Source: an uncultured Gammaproteobacteria bacterium (GTDB taxonomy: Bacteria > Pseudomonadota > Gammaproteobacteria > JASBUN01). From it: 64,000 bases of DNA. The stretch spans positions 288,694 through 352,693 of the forward strand of contig CAVXJN010000003.1 in NCBI GenBank assembly GCA_963762165.1, written 5' to 3'. Position 1 is the stretch's first letter, and the number at the start of each line of letters is the position of its first letter. Positions 41,363 through 51,176 of this stretch are shown here, piece after piece. Under the pieces are notes generated by a model. It did no database searches and was not told where the DNA came from. It saw nothing but the letters and a program-made list of their open reading frames with translations. The translations under genes and the position numbers were made by a program.

Positions 41363-42670
41363 TTACAGGTTGTAACCGCGTTCGTCGTGAAGGGCAATAT
41401 CGAGGCCTTCGACTTCCGCTTCTTCCGAGACCCGCAGACCGATGATCACGTCGATGACTTTGAGTATGATCAGCGTCATGACAGCGGTGTAGATCAAGGT
41501 CGCCAGGATGCCGATGATCTGCACGCCGACCTGCTGGCCGATGCTGGTGATGTCGCCGCCAAAGCCGGCACCGCCGAGGCTCGGTGCACAGAACACACCG
41601 GTCAGCAGGGCGCCGATGATGCCGCCGACTGCGTGCACGCCAAAGGCGTCGAGGGAGTCGTCGTAACCGATGGCGCGTTTGACCTTGGTGGCGGCGATGA
41701 AACAGCCCACACCGGCAACGAGGCCAATGATCAACGCGCCCATTGGACCCGCAGTACCGGAAGCCGGGGTGATCGCGACCAATCCGGCAACCGCACCCGA
41801 TGCCACACCCAACACACTGGGCTTGCCGTGTGACAGCCATTCGCTGAACATCCACCCCAGCGCCGCAGCTGCGGTGGCGATCTGAGTCACAGCCATCGCC
41901 ATACCGGCGACACCGTCCGCAGCCAGTTCGGAACCGGCGTTGAAACCGAACCAACCGACCCACAGCATGGAAGCGCCGATGACGGTGAAATTCAGATTGT
42001 GCGGCATCATCGGCGTTTCCGGATAACCGCGGCGCTTGCCCAACACCAGGGCTGCAACCAAACCGGCGATACCCGCGTTGATATGCACCACCGTGCCGCC
42101 GGCGAAGTCGAGAATGCCTTTACCGCCGAGCCAGCCGCCACCGCCCCAGACCCAATGGGCGATAGGCGCGTACACCACAAGCAACCAGATACTGATGAAC
42201 CACAGCAACGATGAGAATTTCATGCGTTCGGCAAACGCGCCGACGATCAGCGCCGGGGTGATGATGGCGAAGGTCATCTGGAAGGTCATGAACACGGTTT
42301 CCGGAATCGTGCCACTGAGGGTATCGACCCCGACCCCTTTGAGGAACATTTTCGACAAACCGCCCCAATAGAGACCGTCACCGCCGAAGGCGATGCTGTA
42401 GCCGGCGATGGCCCACAGCACGGTGACCAGCGCGGTGATGCTGAAACATTGCATCATCACCGACAGCACGTTCTTCGAGCGCACCATGCCGGCGTAGAAC
42501 AGCGCGAGGCCAGGGATGGTCATCAACAGCACCAGCGCCGTTGCGGTCAGCATCCAGGCGGTATCACCGCTGCTAAGCGTCGGCGCGTCTTCCGCCAATG
42601 CCAGTGCCGGCACAGCGGCTGAGATTGCCCCGACTACGACCGGAACTGCGAAACGTTTGTAAAAACTCAT
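41363..42670 (-). CDS. amtB: Ammonium transporter AmtB
   Basis: Signal peptide, DTAWMLTATALVLLMTIPGLALFYAGMVRSKN, 11 TM helices, GxxAGxVA and twin-His regions. ATG ~16 codons inside track ORF 41363..42718. Confidence 0.9.
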   Translation of the reverse strand: MSFYKRFAVPVVVGAISAAVPALALAEDAPTLSSGDTAWMLTATALVLLMTIPGLALFYAGMVRSKNVLSVMMQCFSITALVTVLWAIAGYSIAFGGDGLYWGGLSKMFLKGVGVDTLSGTIPETVFMTFQMTFAIITPALIVGAFAERMKFSSLLWFISIWLLVVYAPIAHWVWGGGGWLGGKGILDFAGGTVVHINAGIAGLVAALVLGKRRGYPETPMMPHNLNFTVIGASMLWVGWFGFNAGSELAADGVAGMAMAVTQIATAAAALGWMFSEWLSHGKPSVLGVASGAVAGLVAITPASGTAGPMGALIIGLVAGVGCFIAATKVKRAIGYDDSLDAFGVHAVGGIIGALLTGVFCAPSLGGAGFGGDITSIGQQVGVQIIGILATLIYTAVMTLIILKVIDVIIGLRVSEEAEVEGLDIALHDERGYNL

Positions 42671-42692
42671 TTTGATTCTCCTCCCCACCCTG

Positions 42693-43043
<351 letters not shown>

Positions 43044-43056
43044 TCAATCCGGGAAC

Positions 43057-43072
43057 CGCCCAAGCGGGCGGA
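43057..43072 (-). terminator. Short GC hairpin (CCGCCC-AAGC-GGGCGG) between the TIGR02001-family gene and glnK; possible attenuator/terminator
   Basis: Seen in the sequence; only a modest U-tract. Confidence 0.3.
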
Positions 43073-43088
43073 CCCCGGCCCGTCGCCC

Positions 43089-43814
43089 TTAGAGTTCTTT
43101 CGATACCGTGAAGACCACGCGACTGTCGCAAAGATTGCTACCGCCGAAGCACTCCGATTTCGAAAGATCGGTGTCTACCCAGTCGAGCGCCAGACCGAAG
43201 CCTGCAATGTCCTTGGAGACGCCGACCTTGTAGTCGGTGTAGTCGGGCGTACCGAAGGTGGCGTTGTCGTCGATGGTCTGATGACCGACGTGAAAGTTGA
43301 CGCTGAATGCAGCCGGCAACGGTACCGCGAGGTCCGCGTAGTAATAGGTAGCTTTGTCCGACGAAGCAAAAAAGTCAGGCGAGTAGTACACACCTACCGT
43401 CACCGCCGCGGCGCCGAAGTCATAGGCCAGCGACCCGCCGATTTCGGTGTAGTCGTAGTTCAGAGAATTGCTTGCACCCGGATAGAGGTAACGCAGCACG
43501 CTGACGTCATACGACAGGGCGTCGTTGATTTTGCCCGCAAAACCGCCATAGATATCGAGCTCCATGGACGCCGGATCCACCATTGAGGAGTCCTCGCCAA
43601 ACTCCAGGCTCGAAGCCCAGGTCCCCACATAAAACCCGCTGTCGTGCACGTAGTCGAAACCACCCTGCACTGCGGGGTCTTCGTTGGTTTGGGAAATGCC
43701 CCGAAATATGTAATCGGACGTCAGCGCGACGTTGCCGCTGAACCCGGCCTGGGCCCCGGTGCCGGCACTCACCAGCACGACCCCCACTGCAACACTGGTC
43801 ATCAGCTTCTTCAT
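43089..43814 (-). CDS. TIGR02001-family outer-membrane beta-barrel protein (frequently linked to glnK-amtB)
   Basis: Signal peptide MKKLMTSVAVGVVLVSAGTGAQA. Alternating hydrophobic beta-strand pattern, C-terminal aromatic residue. Confidence 0.65.
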   Translation of the reverse strand: MKKLMTSVAVGVVLVSAGTGAQAGFSGNVALTSDYIFRGISQTNEDPAVQGGFDYVHDSGFYVGTWASSLEFGEDSSMVDPASMELDIYGGFAGKINDALSYDVSVLRYLYPGASNSLNYDYTEIGGSLAYDFGAAAVTVGVYYSPDFFASSDKATYYYADLAVPLPAAFSVNFHVGHQTIDDNATFGTPDYTDYKVGVSKDIAGFGLALDWVDTDLSKSECFGGSNLCDSRVVFTVSKEL

Positions 43815-44090
43815 CGTTCAACTCTCCTGTAGTCTTTGTTGTTGGCGGTCCGCCACTGTCATGAACCATTCGTGCACTTGCGTAGCGTGCCCGTTGCAGT
43901 TCCTATGCCATGTCATGAAATCTCAATATTTCAGGAGCTTGAAGAATCCATGCACGAGCCATGCACCAATTGCTTGCACCATTTGCGCGGCCGAATAAGT
44001 TGCGCGCACCAACGTAGTGCGATGCGACCCATGAACCGTGGCAGCAAATCCACTAAAATGAGTACTGACAGCAAGACACGGTGAGCAACC

Positions 44091-44354
44091 ATGGATCCGA
44101 AGATCTTTGACGATTTGGCACGTACCCTGGCAGACGCGGTACCGAAAGGCTTTCGTGATCTGCAGCAGGACGTGGAAAAGAACGTGCGCGGCGCGCTGGA
44201 GCGAGGCTTCGAACGCCTCAACCTGGTGAGCCGGGACGAATTCGAAATCCAGGCTGCGGTTTTGGCCCGCACCCGCAGCAAAGTGGACGCGTTGGAAAAA
44301 CGCGTCGCTGAGCTGGAAGCGCAGTTGCTCGAACCCAGCGAACACAAGACTTGA
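44091..44354 (+). CDS. ubiK: Ubiquinone biosynthesis accessory factor UbiK (YqiC/BMFP family)
   Basis: 87 aa, MDPKIFDDLARTL...coiled-coil C-terminus. Confidence 0.7.
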   Translation: MDPKIFDDLARTLADAVPKGFRDLQQDVEKNVRGALERGFERLNLVSRDEFEIQAAVLARTRSKVDALEKRVAELEAQLLEPSEHKT

Positions 44355-44407
44355 ACCGTAGCCGGCGACAGGATGTCGGCCGGCAGAAAACCTAAGGAAG
44401 GGAATCC

Positions 44408-45940
44408 ATGCCTCTAGCCGTGGTGTACTCACGCGCCTGCGTGGGCATCGAAGCACCGTTGGTCACGGTCGAAGTTCACCTCGCCAATGGTCTGCCGTCA
44501 CTGTCGATCGTCGGCCTGCCCGAAGCCGCGGTAAAAGAAAGCAAGGACCGCGTGCGCGGCGCTCTGTTGACCAGCGGCTTCGAATTTCCGCCTCGGCGGA
44601 TCACCATCAACCTCGCTCCCGCGGATCTGCCCAAGGAAGGCGGTCGTTTCGATCTGCCTATTGCCCTGGGCATCCTGGTCGCTTCCGGCCAACTGGCCGC
44701 CGAACAACTGGAGCGCTACGAATTCGTCGGCGAGCTTGCCCTCACCGGTGCCATCCGTCCGGTGCGCGGTGTGTTGCCGATGGCGGTGCGCACCCGCGAA
44801 TCGGAGCGCATCCTGGTCTGCCCGCCGGAGAATGCCGAAGAGGCCGGCTACGTATGCGCAGACCGCGGCCTTGCTCCGGAACATCTGCTTCAACTGTGCG
44901 CGCATTTGGGCGACGGCGACAAGCTACCGGCGCTGCCGGCCCCGCCGTTGCGCGTCGCTGCCGGCGACGGACTGGATTTGGGCGATGTCCGCGCCCAGGC
45001 TCACGCCAAGCGGGCACTGGAGATTGCCGCCGCCGGTGAACACAGCCTGCTGATGCTGGGGCCGCCCGGTACCGGCAAATCCATGTTGGCTGCGCGCCTG
45101 CCGGGCATCCTACCGCCGATGACGGAACAGGAAGCCTTGGAAGCCGCCGCCATCCGCTCGGTCGTCGGCGGCGAAGAACTGGTCGGCGCATGGATGCAGC
45201 GTCCCTTTCGCGCGCCCCATCACACCGCTTCCGCAGTCGCATTGGCAGGCGGCGGCTCGCAGCCGCGACCCGGGGAAATCTCGCTGGCCCACAACGGGGT
45301 GCTGTTTCTGGACGAATTGCCGGAGTTCGACCGGCGGGTACTCGAAGTGCTCCGCGAGCCCTTGGAGAGCGGCCGGGTGATGATCGCCCGGGCCGCGCGC
45401 CGGGCCGAGTTCCCGGCCCGGTTTCAGCTCATCGCCGCAATGAATCCGTGTCCCTGCGGCTACCTGGGGGATGCCGATGGCCGCTGCCGCTGCAGCGGCG
45501 AGCAGATCGCCCGCTATCGCCGGCGGCTGTCGGGCCCGTTGCTGGATCGTTTCGACATGCATGTGGAGGTGCCACGGCCGCCGCGCGCCGCATTGTCCGC
45601 AGGAACTGCCTCCGAGACCAGCGCCGCGGTGCGTGCGCGGGTGACAGCGGCACGGCACGCTCAGCTGCAGCGCGCCGGCGCGGCCAACGGCCGCATGCAT
45701 GTGCAGCAGGTGCAACAGCATTGCCGCCTGGGCGCCGATGCCCGGCAAGTGCTGGAATCCGCGATGGAGCGCCTCGGCCTCTCGGCTCGTGCCTATCACC
45801 GGGTGTTGAAACTGGCGCGCACCATCGCCGACCTCGGCAGCGGCGGCGACATCGGGCCGGAACACCTGCATGAAGCATTGAGCTACCGCAGACTGGACCG
45901 GGCACCCGGATCGGGTGGCGCCCGGCCAGGGGCGGCCTGA
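44408..45940 (+). CDS. yifB: Mg-chelatase-like AAA+ ATPase YifB/ComM
   Basis: N-terminal Lon-protease-like domain (PLVTVEVHLANGLPSLSIVGLPEAAVKESKDRV). Walker A GPPGTGKSMLA, GVLFLDELPEF Walker B. 510 aa. Confidence 0.85.
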   Translation: MPLAVVYSRACVGIEAPLVTVEVHLANGLPSLSIVGLPEAAVKESKDRVRGALLTSGFEFPPRRITINLAPADLPKEGGRFDLPIALGILVASGQLAAEQLERYEFVGELALTGAIRPVRGVLPMAVRTRESERILVCPPENAEEAGYVCADRGLAPEHLLQLCAHLGDGDKLPALPAPPLRVAAGDGLDLGDVRAQAHAKRALEIAAAGEHSLLMLGPPGTGKSMLAARLPGILPPMTEQEALEAAAIRSVVGGEELVGAWMQRPFRAPHHTASAVALAGGGSQPRPGEISLAHNGVLFLDELPEFDRRVLEVLREPLESGRVMIARAARRAEFPARFQLIAAMNPCPCGYLGDADGRCRCSGEQIARYRRRLSGPLLDRFDMHVEVPRPPRAALSAGTASETSAAVRARVTAARHAQLQRAGAANGRMHVQQVQQHCRLGADARQVLESAMERLGLSARAYHRVLKLARTIADLGSGGDIGPEHLHEALSYRRLDRAPGSGGARPGAA

Positions 45941-46455
45941 GGCGCGGATCGACTTTCGACGTTGTCCGGTATCCGACCCGCACCCAGTGCCGCGCCGACG
46001 ACGCCGAAGGCAATGCCGCAGCGCCGGCACCGACGTGGCGACCGGTCGACCACCGATTAACGGGTGAGCCAGGACTTGGCGCGCACCGTCAACACCGCGT
46101 AGGGAAAGATCCAGAACAGCAACAGCGTCGAGTAGTAGGCGCGCCGGCACGACCGGGGAGGACAACGCGTCGGGGACGCTCTCGCCAGACATAGCGGTTC
46201 TCTTCAAAGGTCAAAGGGGAGAGCCGGCGAAACAGGTCGCGCCGTGGGGTGGACTGCGCGGGGAACCGCCGGGCCATACGGCCGGTGAGACTAGCACCAC
46301 GCGGCGGTTTGCAAAGGGACTGTTGGGCGTTGCCGACAGAGAAAATTTTCAAGCCGCTGGGGAGGTGTCGAAGCGGGCGCCTGCAGCGGGTCGCCGACGG
46401 CCATTGCGCAGCGCGTGTGCAATGGCCGACAGATGCGACGGAATGGATTGGGCTG

Positions 46456-48468
46456 CTATGCCGCCCAGCCGAGGGCGTCGGCCCGTTCCCGGGCAAGCTT
46501 CGGGATGTCGGTCTCGACGAAACTGGCGTACATGATCTGCACCCCGAGCATATGGTTGATGACCGCGTCCAACTGCACCTGGGTCGAACTGCTGGTATCG
46601 GGATTGTCGTGCAGCGCGAACAACGCTTTCACGCCAGCGGGATCGAGCAGCCCCGCGTCCTGCAGTTTCTGATCGGACAGGTATTCGTCCGCCAGGGCTC
46701 GCATGGCGGCCCATTTTTTCGGATCGGTATGGGCCGGGGGCGCCATGAAGGCGAACTTTTCCCGTTCGTACAGCACCCGCGGCAGCACTCCCTTCATGGC
46801 TTCGCGCAGCACGTATTTTTCGGTGCGGCCCTTGATGCGCATGGACGGCGGCACCTGCGTGGCGTACTCGGCCAAGTGGTGATCGAGAAACGCCGGCCGC
46901 GCTTCCATGGAGTTGGCCATGTCGACCCGGTCACCGCCCCAGGTCAGGATCTGGCCTTCGAGCTGGGTCTTGATCCAGACGTACTGCGCCTTGTCGAGGG
47001 GATGACGGCCCTCGATCATGTCGCCGTCCATGGCCTCGGCGATCGCCCGTCCCGGTTCGTAATCCTGCAACGCCTTACGATGGCGCTCTGCCAGCAGGCC
47101 AGGAACGTGGGTCGCCGAGGCGAGCCAGGGCTGCAGGCAGGAAGGCGTAAAGCCGACCAGACTGTCCAGTGCCGGGTCGTGCAATTCGTTCTCGGCCAGC
47201 ATGGCGCCGCGGAACAGCTTGTTGGATTCCGCCAGCATCTGTTCCCAGGTGGCACGCTCGCCCTCGGACAAGGTATCCAGACCGTGCAGGAACATGTCGC
47301 GCCGGAACGCCGGATAGCCGGCGAACAGTTCGTCGGAGCCTTCGCCCGTAACCACCACTTTGTAGCCGGCCTTGTTGACGTGGCGGCTCATCAGCATCTT
47401 GGCGACGCCGAGGGTGTTGTAGATGGTGCGCTCGGCGTGCCAGATGGTTTCGACGAAATTGTCGTACAGGTGGCTGGCGTTGAGCATCATGATGTCCTGA
47501 TCGGCGCCTACCGATTCGGCCATCTCGCGGGCAATGGCCGTTTCATCGTAGTCGGCGTCGTCGAAGCCGATGGTGAACGCCTTGACCGGCGACTGCTGGG
47601 CCGCCGCCGACAAGCCGAGAATGGAACAGGAGTCGATGCCGCCGGACAAGTAACACGCCACCGGCACGTCGGCTTCGAGGCGCAGGTGCACAGCCCGCAT
47701 CAACCGCTCGCGCACCTGTTCGATGTAATGCTCTTCGGGTTGGCTTTCGTCGCGCTCGTTCATGAGCGGAAAATCCATGTCCCAGTATTTGACTTCTCGG
47801 ATTTGAAACTTGCCGTGGGCGCGCTCGACGATCAGTGCGTTGCCCGGCTGCACCTGGTGCACGCCTTCGAAAGGCGTACTGCCCGGGACGATGGTTTGCA
47901 TCAACTGGTGATACACACCTTGGGGCGAGAACTTGCGCGGCACATCGGGATTGGCGAACAGGACCTTGAGTTCCGAACCGAACACCAACGTGCCGTTCGC
48001 TTCCGCCCAATACAGCGGTTTGATGCCGAAGCGGTCGCGGATCAGCATCAACCGGTCATGCTGCTTGTCGTACAGTGCGAACGCGAACTCGCCTCGCAGG
48101 TGGGTCATCATGTCTTCAAGACCGAACTTGGGATACAGATGCATCACCAGCTCGGAATCGCTCTTGGTGCGAAAGCGCGCGCCGGCCAACGTCAGCTCGG
48201 TGCGCAGTCGCTTGTAGTCGTAGAACTCGCCATTGTGCGCCAGCATCAGATTGCCGTCTGGAGACATAAAAGGCTGCTTCGCGCGCTCTTCGTTGAGGTC
48301 GATGATCGACAGCCGCGCATGGCTGAAGCCGATGCCGCGCTCGTCGATGGTTTTGTAGCCGAAACCGTCAGGGCCGCGGTGATACTGAATGGCCGCCATG
48401 GCCACCAGCGTTTGCGGGTCCACCGCGCGTGACGCGTCGGCGTGGATGACACCTGCGATACCACACAT
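46456..48468 (-). CDS. Asparagine synthetase B-family glutamine amidotransferase (class II GATase + adenylating Asn_synthase domain), 670 aa with C-terminal extension
   Basis: N-terminus MCGIAGVIH (Cys2 nucleophile). CYLSGGIDSCSILGLSA PP-loop SGGxDS. Confidence 0.8.
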   Translation of the reverse strand: MCGIAGVIHADASRAVDPQTLVAMAAIQYHRGPDGFGYKTIDERGIGFSHARLSIIDLNEERAKQPFMSPDGNLMLAHNGEFYDYKRLRTELTLAGARFRTKSDSELVMHLYPKFGLEDMMTHLRGEFAFALYDKQHDRLMLIRDRFGIKPLYWAEANGTLVFGSELKVLFANPDVPRKFSPQGVYHQLMQTIVPGSTPFEGVHQVQPGNALIVERAHGKFQIREVKYWDMDFPLMNERDESQPEEHYIEQVRERLMRAVHLRLEADVPVACYLSGGIDSCSILGLSAAAQQSPVKAFTIGFDDADYDETAIAREMAESVGADQDIMMLNASHLYDNFVETIWHAERTIYNTLGVAKMLMSRHVNKAGYKVVVTGEGSDELFAGYPAFRRDMFLHGLDTLSEGERATWEQMLAESNKLFRGAMLAENELHDPALDSLVGFTPSCLQPWLASATHVPGLLAERHRKALQDYEPGRAIAEAMDGDMIEGRHPLDKAQYVWIKTQLEGQILTWGGDRVDMANSMEARPAFLDHHLAEYATQVPPSMRIKGRTEKYVLREAMKGVLPRVLYEREKFAFMAPPAHTDPKKWAAMRALADEYLSDQKLQDAGLLDPAGVKALFALHDNPDTSSSTQVQLDAVINHMLGVQIMYASFVETDIPKLARERADALGWAA

Positions 48469-48537
48469 ATCGGTCTATTAACCTCTCTTCGTGATTAGGA
48501 GTTGGCCCGGTTGCGTCGCGCGCGCCGGACGTAGCGC

Positions 48538-49639
48538 TCAGCCGCCGTTGGGGGTGTCCATCACTTGATGGATGCGCTGAGTAAGGGTCGTTAGCAATGC
48601 CATGCGCACGAACACCGCACCGCGGGCCTGGGCGAAGTACCAGTTGTGTTCGGTCTGGTCCAGATCCGTGGACAATTCCTGCGCCCCGCGCCAGCGGATG
48701 CAGAATGATGGCGCCTTTCTTGAACGGCGATGACGCGGACAATCGCAACCGTTCCCCGAGTTTGACGTAGGTATCGCCGACCCAGGCAATGGAATTGATA
48801 TAGGCCACGTCCAGCCCCGGCAGCTCGTCGTCCAGGTTGGCGCTGATCCGCATACGCAGTCCGGCCTGCTCCAGTTCCTCGCGCTGACCCGGATCGAAGT
48901 TTTCCTCGGCTTCGCTGATGAGCACCACCTCGTCGATGGAATTGGCAAACAGCGCCAGGAACATCAAAAGACTGCGCACGGTACGCATGCGGCTGGGTAC
49001 CCCGATGATGCCGACCCGGGCACGCTTTGCGGGCTCAAGGTCTTGCTGCAGCAGTTCGGGGCGCCATTTGAAGATGGTGTACATGTCCGCCAGTGCCTGG
49101 GTCGGATGTTCGTCGATACCGTTGCCGGCATTGATGATCGGGATGCGCAGCTGCTCGAGCATTTCGTAGACGGCACTTTCGCTCGAGTCGCGCAGCACCA
49201 CCAGGTCGCCGTAGTTGTTGAACATCTCCGCCACATCGCCCATGGACTCGCCTTTGGCGATACCTGTACTGGACGGATCGGTGATGGACATGATGTCGCC
49301 GCCGAGCCGGTGCCAGGCGCTTTCAAATGACAGCCTGGTGCGCGTGCTCGGCTCATAGAACGCGCTGATCAGGATTTTGCCGGTGAGCGGCAGCTGAATC
49401 AGCGCCGGCGTGGTTTCATACAATGCCGCCAAACGACACAACTGCATGGTCTTGTCGCGATCGAATTGCCGGGCCGAGACGATGGGCCGGTGCGCCAGGT
49501 CCACCAGCGGCTCCGGATCTTCGGCGATGTGTTCGAGCAGTTGCTTGGGCCGCTCGAGACCGGCAGTCCAGTCTTTGGGCTGCACGGGTTCCTTCAATAG
49601 GGGATCGAGGTCTTTCACCAGAGTGTTCCTTGTCGCCAA
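48538..49639 (-). CDS. Aspartate carbamoyltransferase (PyrB)-like paralog with ~45-50 aa N-terminal extension; frame interrupted by a 1-nt deletion near 48683
   Basis: RPIVSARQFDRDKTMQLCRLAALYE aligns with the PyrB N-terminus ([24 protein letters not shown]). STRTRLSFE, HPTQALAD, ILHPLARGA|QELSTDLDQTEHNWYFAQARGAVFVRMALL motifs. C-terminus is encoded in ORF 48538..48948. TTG start at 49639 is uncertain. Confidence 0.65.
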
Positions 49640-49743
49640 TCGCGCAATACCAGCCAGAGCAGCACGATGGGGCTCAAAATCGTGAAACCGACCATCACGG
49701 TTACAAGGGTAGTCAGAAAACCAATGGATGCTGTCATGATCAT
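49615..49743 (-). CDS. 42-aa small membrane protein ATGA-coupled to the SSF transporter (DUF3311/DUF4212-like symporter small subunit)
   Basis: MIMTASIGFLTTLVTVMVGFTILSPIVLLWLVLRDWRQGTLW has one TM helix. GGAGG RBS. ATG overlaps the SSF stop codon. Confidence 0.45.
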   Translation of the reverse strand: MIMTASIGFLTTLVTVMVGFTILSPIVLLWLVLRDWRQGTLW

Positions 49744-51176
49744 TCCTCCCGGGGCGCTTCGCAGAGCATCGCCCAGTCGAAATCGCGGGGCCAGATCCAG
49801 GTCACCAGCAGCAGCACCCCCATCGAAACCGTGGCGCCGGTCAATGCGGCCGCATAGAAGCCGACGGTGAAATACGCCGTCAGACCGCTGGCCGTGCCCA
49901 GCACCATGCCCAGCCATGCGCCGGCGGGATTTACCTTGCGCCAATACAAGCCGGCGGCGATGGGCCAGATGGTGCTGGAGACGAATGCACCCATGAAATA
50001 CAAAAGCGCGCCCAGCGTGCTCACCCGCGGATAGCAGATCAGCCAGGTCAGTACGCCCAGAGACAGCGTGATCAGCTTGGCAGCGATACTCAGTTCGCGG
50101 TTGCTGGCATCGGGCCGGAAGTGGCCGCGATAAATGTCCTGGGTCACCAGATCGCCGGTGGCGGCCAACAGCGAATCGAGACTGGAGGCCAACGCGGAAA
50201 ACACGACGATGAACACCAGTACAGCGCCGGTGACACCGAGCAGATGCGCGGCCACCAACGGTCCCACCATGTCCGCAGCCGGCACGTTCAGATGCAACGC
50301 CGGTGCCGCCAGGGCAACGAAGCCGGCGACGATGGGAATCGGAATCCACATCAGTCCGGCGGTCATGTAGGCTTTGAATCCAACACCTTTTCGAAAAGCG
50401 AACGCACGGCTCCACCAGACGTTGGAATGAAAAATCTCGCCGACGCCGAACAAAAGATTGTTGAACAGGAACATGATCGCTGCCGGCATCAGAAGATTGA
50501 GCAACTCCGGCCGGCGCTGGATCACCGTGTCGTGCATTTGGTCGAACCCGACCTTGTCGATGGTCAACCAGGCCAGTACCGCAACGCCCACCAAGATCAG
50601 AACGGTCTGAATGAAGTCGGTGCCGATTACCGCGCGCAGGCCGCCGAGCAGCGTGTAGGCGACGCAGATCACCAGAATGACGGTCATGCCGATGTGATAG
50701 TCGATGCCGGTGAGGGCGTTGATCAGCACACCGCCGGCCATGCCGAGACTGATCAGCCAACCGAAGGCGTAACAAAGCGAGATCAAAAGAAAGACGCGCC
50801 AGGCAGTGTTGCCGTAGCGAATGCGGATGAAATCGCCACTGGTATAGCCGCTGGGCATCAGGTCGTGGATGCGCCGCGCCAAGGGCGCGAACAACATCAG
50901 GCCCACCGACCCTAGCGAAAATCCGACCATTCCCCAGATGCCCAGTTGCAGCGCCATTTGCGGCGCCACCATGGTGGTGTTGCTGGTCACCCAGGTGGCC
51001 ATGGAGGTGGCGACCGCCAGGGCGATGCCGACGTTGCGGCCGGCCAGCATGTAGTCGTCCAGGCCGCTGGCACGCCGCCCCCAGTACCAACCCAGAAATA
51101 CCCACAGGACGCTGAAGATTGCGAGTATGGTCCAGCCGATATTCGGGTTCAGGATGGCGTCGTTGACGCCATTCAT
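49740..51176 (-). CDS. Sodium:solute symporter family (SSF, PutP/PanF/ActP-like) transporter
   Basis: ~479 aa, 13 predicted TM helices, SSF signature regions (GRNVGIAL..., ...GLRAVIGTDFIQ). ATGA overlap with the upstream hydrolase gene. Confidence 0.8.
   Translation of the reverse strand: MNGVNDAILNPNIGWTILAIFSVLWVFLGWYWGRRASGLDDYMLAGRNVGIALAVATSMATWVTSNTTMVAPQMALQLGIWGMVGFSLGSVGLMLFAPLARRIHDLMPSGYTSGDFIRIRYGNTAWRVFLLISLCYAFGWLISLGMAGGVLINALTGIDYHIGMTVILVICVAYTLLGGLRAVIGTDFIQTVLILVGVAVLAWLTIDKVGFDQMHDTVIQRRPELLNLLMPAAIMFLFNNLLFGVGEIFHSNVWWSRAFAFRKGVGFKAYMTAGLMWIPIPIVAGFVALAAPALHLNVPAADMVGPLVAAHLLGVTGAVLVFIVVFSALASSLDSLLAATGDLVTQDIYRGHFRPDASNRELSIAAKLITLSLGVLTWLICYPRVSTLGALLYFMGAFVSSTIWPIAAGLYWRKVNPAGAWLGMVLGTASGLTAYFTVGFYAAALTGATVSMGVLLLVTWIWPRDFDWAMLCEAPREE

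Noticed and set aside
43815-44090. Attempted to call a sigma54 (-24/-12) promoter and NtrC sites for glnK-amtB
   Set aside because: Several near-matches (e.g. TGCACCAATTGCTTGCACC) but none with correct GG-N10-GC spacing; not callable by eye.
46057-46192. Possible small membrane-protein ORF (…YYSTLLLFWIFPYAVLTVRAKSWLTR) in the yifB/asnB-like spacer
   Set aside because: No in-frame ATG. The only candidate starts give a peptide of ~20 aa. Likely chance hydrophobic frame.
46249-48432. 727-aa plus-strand ORF antisense to the AsnB-like gene, and the 45110..46207 minus ORF antisense to yifB
   Set aside because: Same GC-driven artefact; the opposite strand carries the conserved genes.
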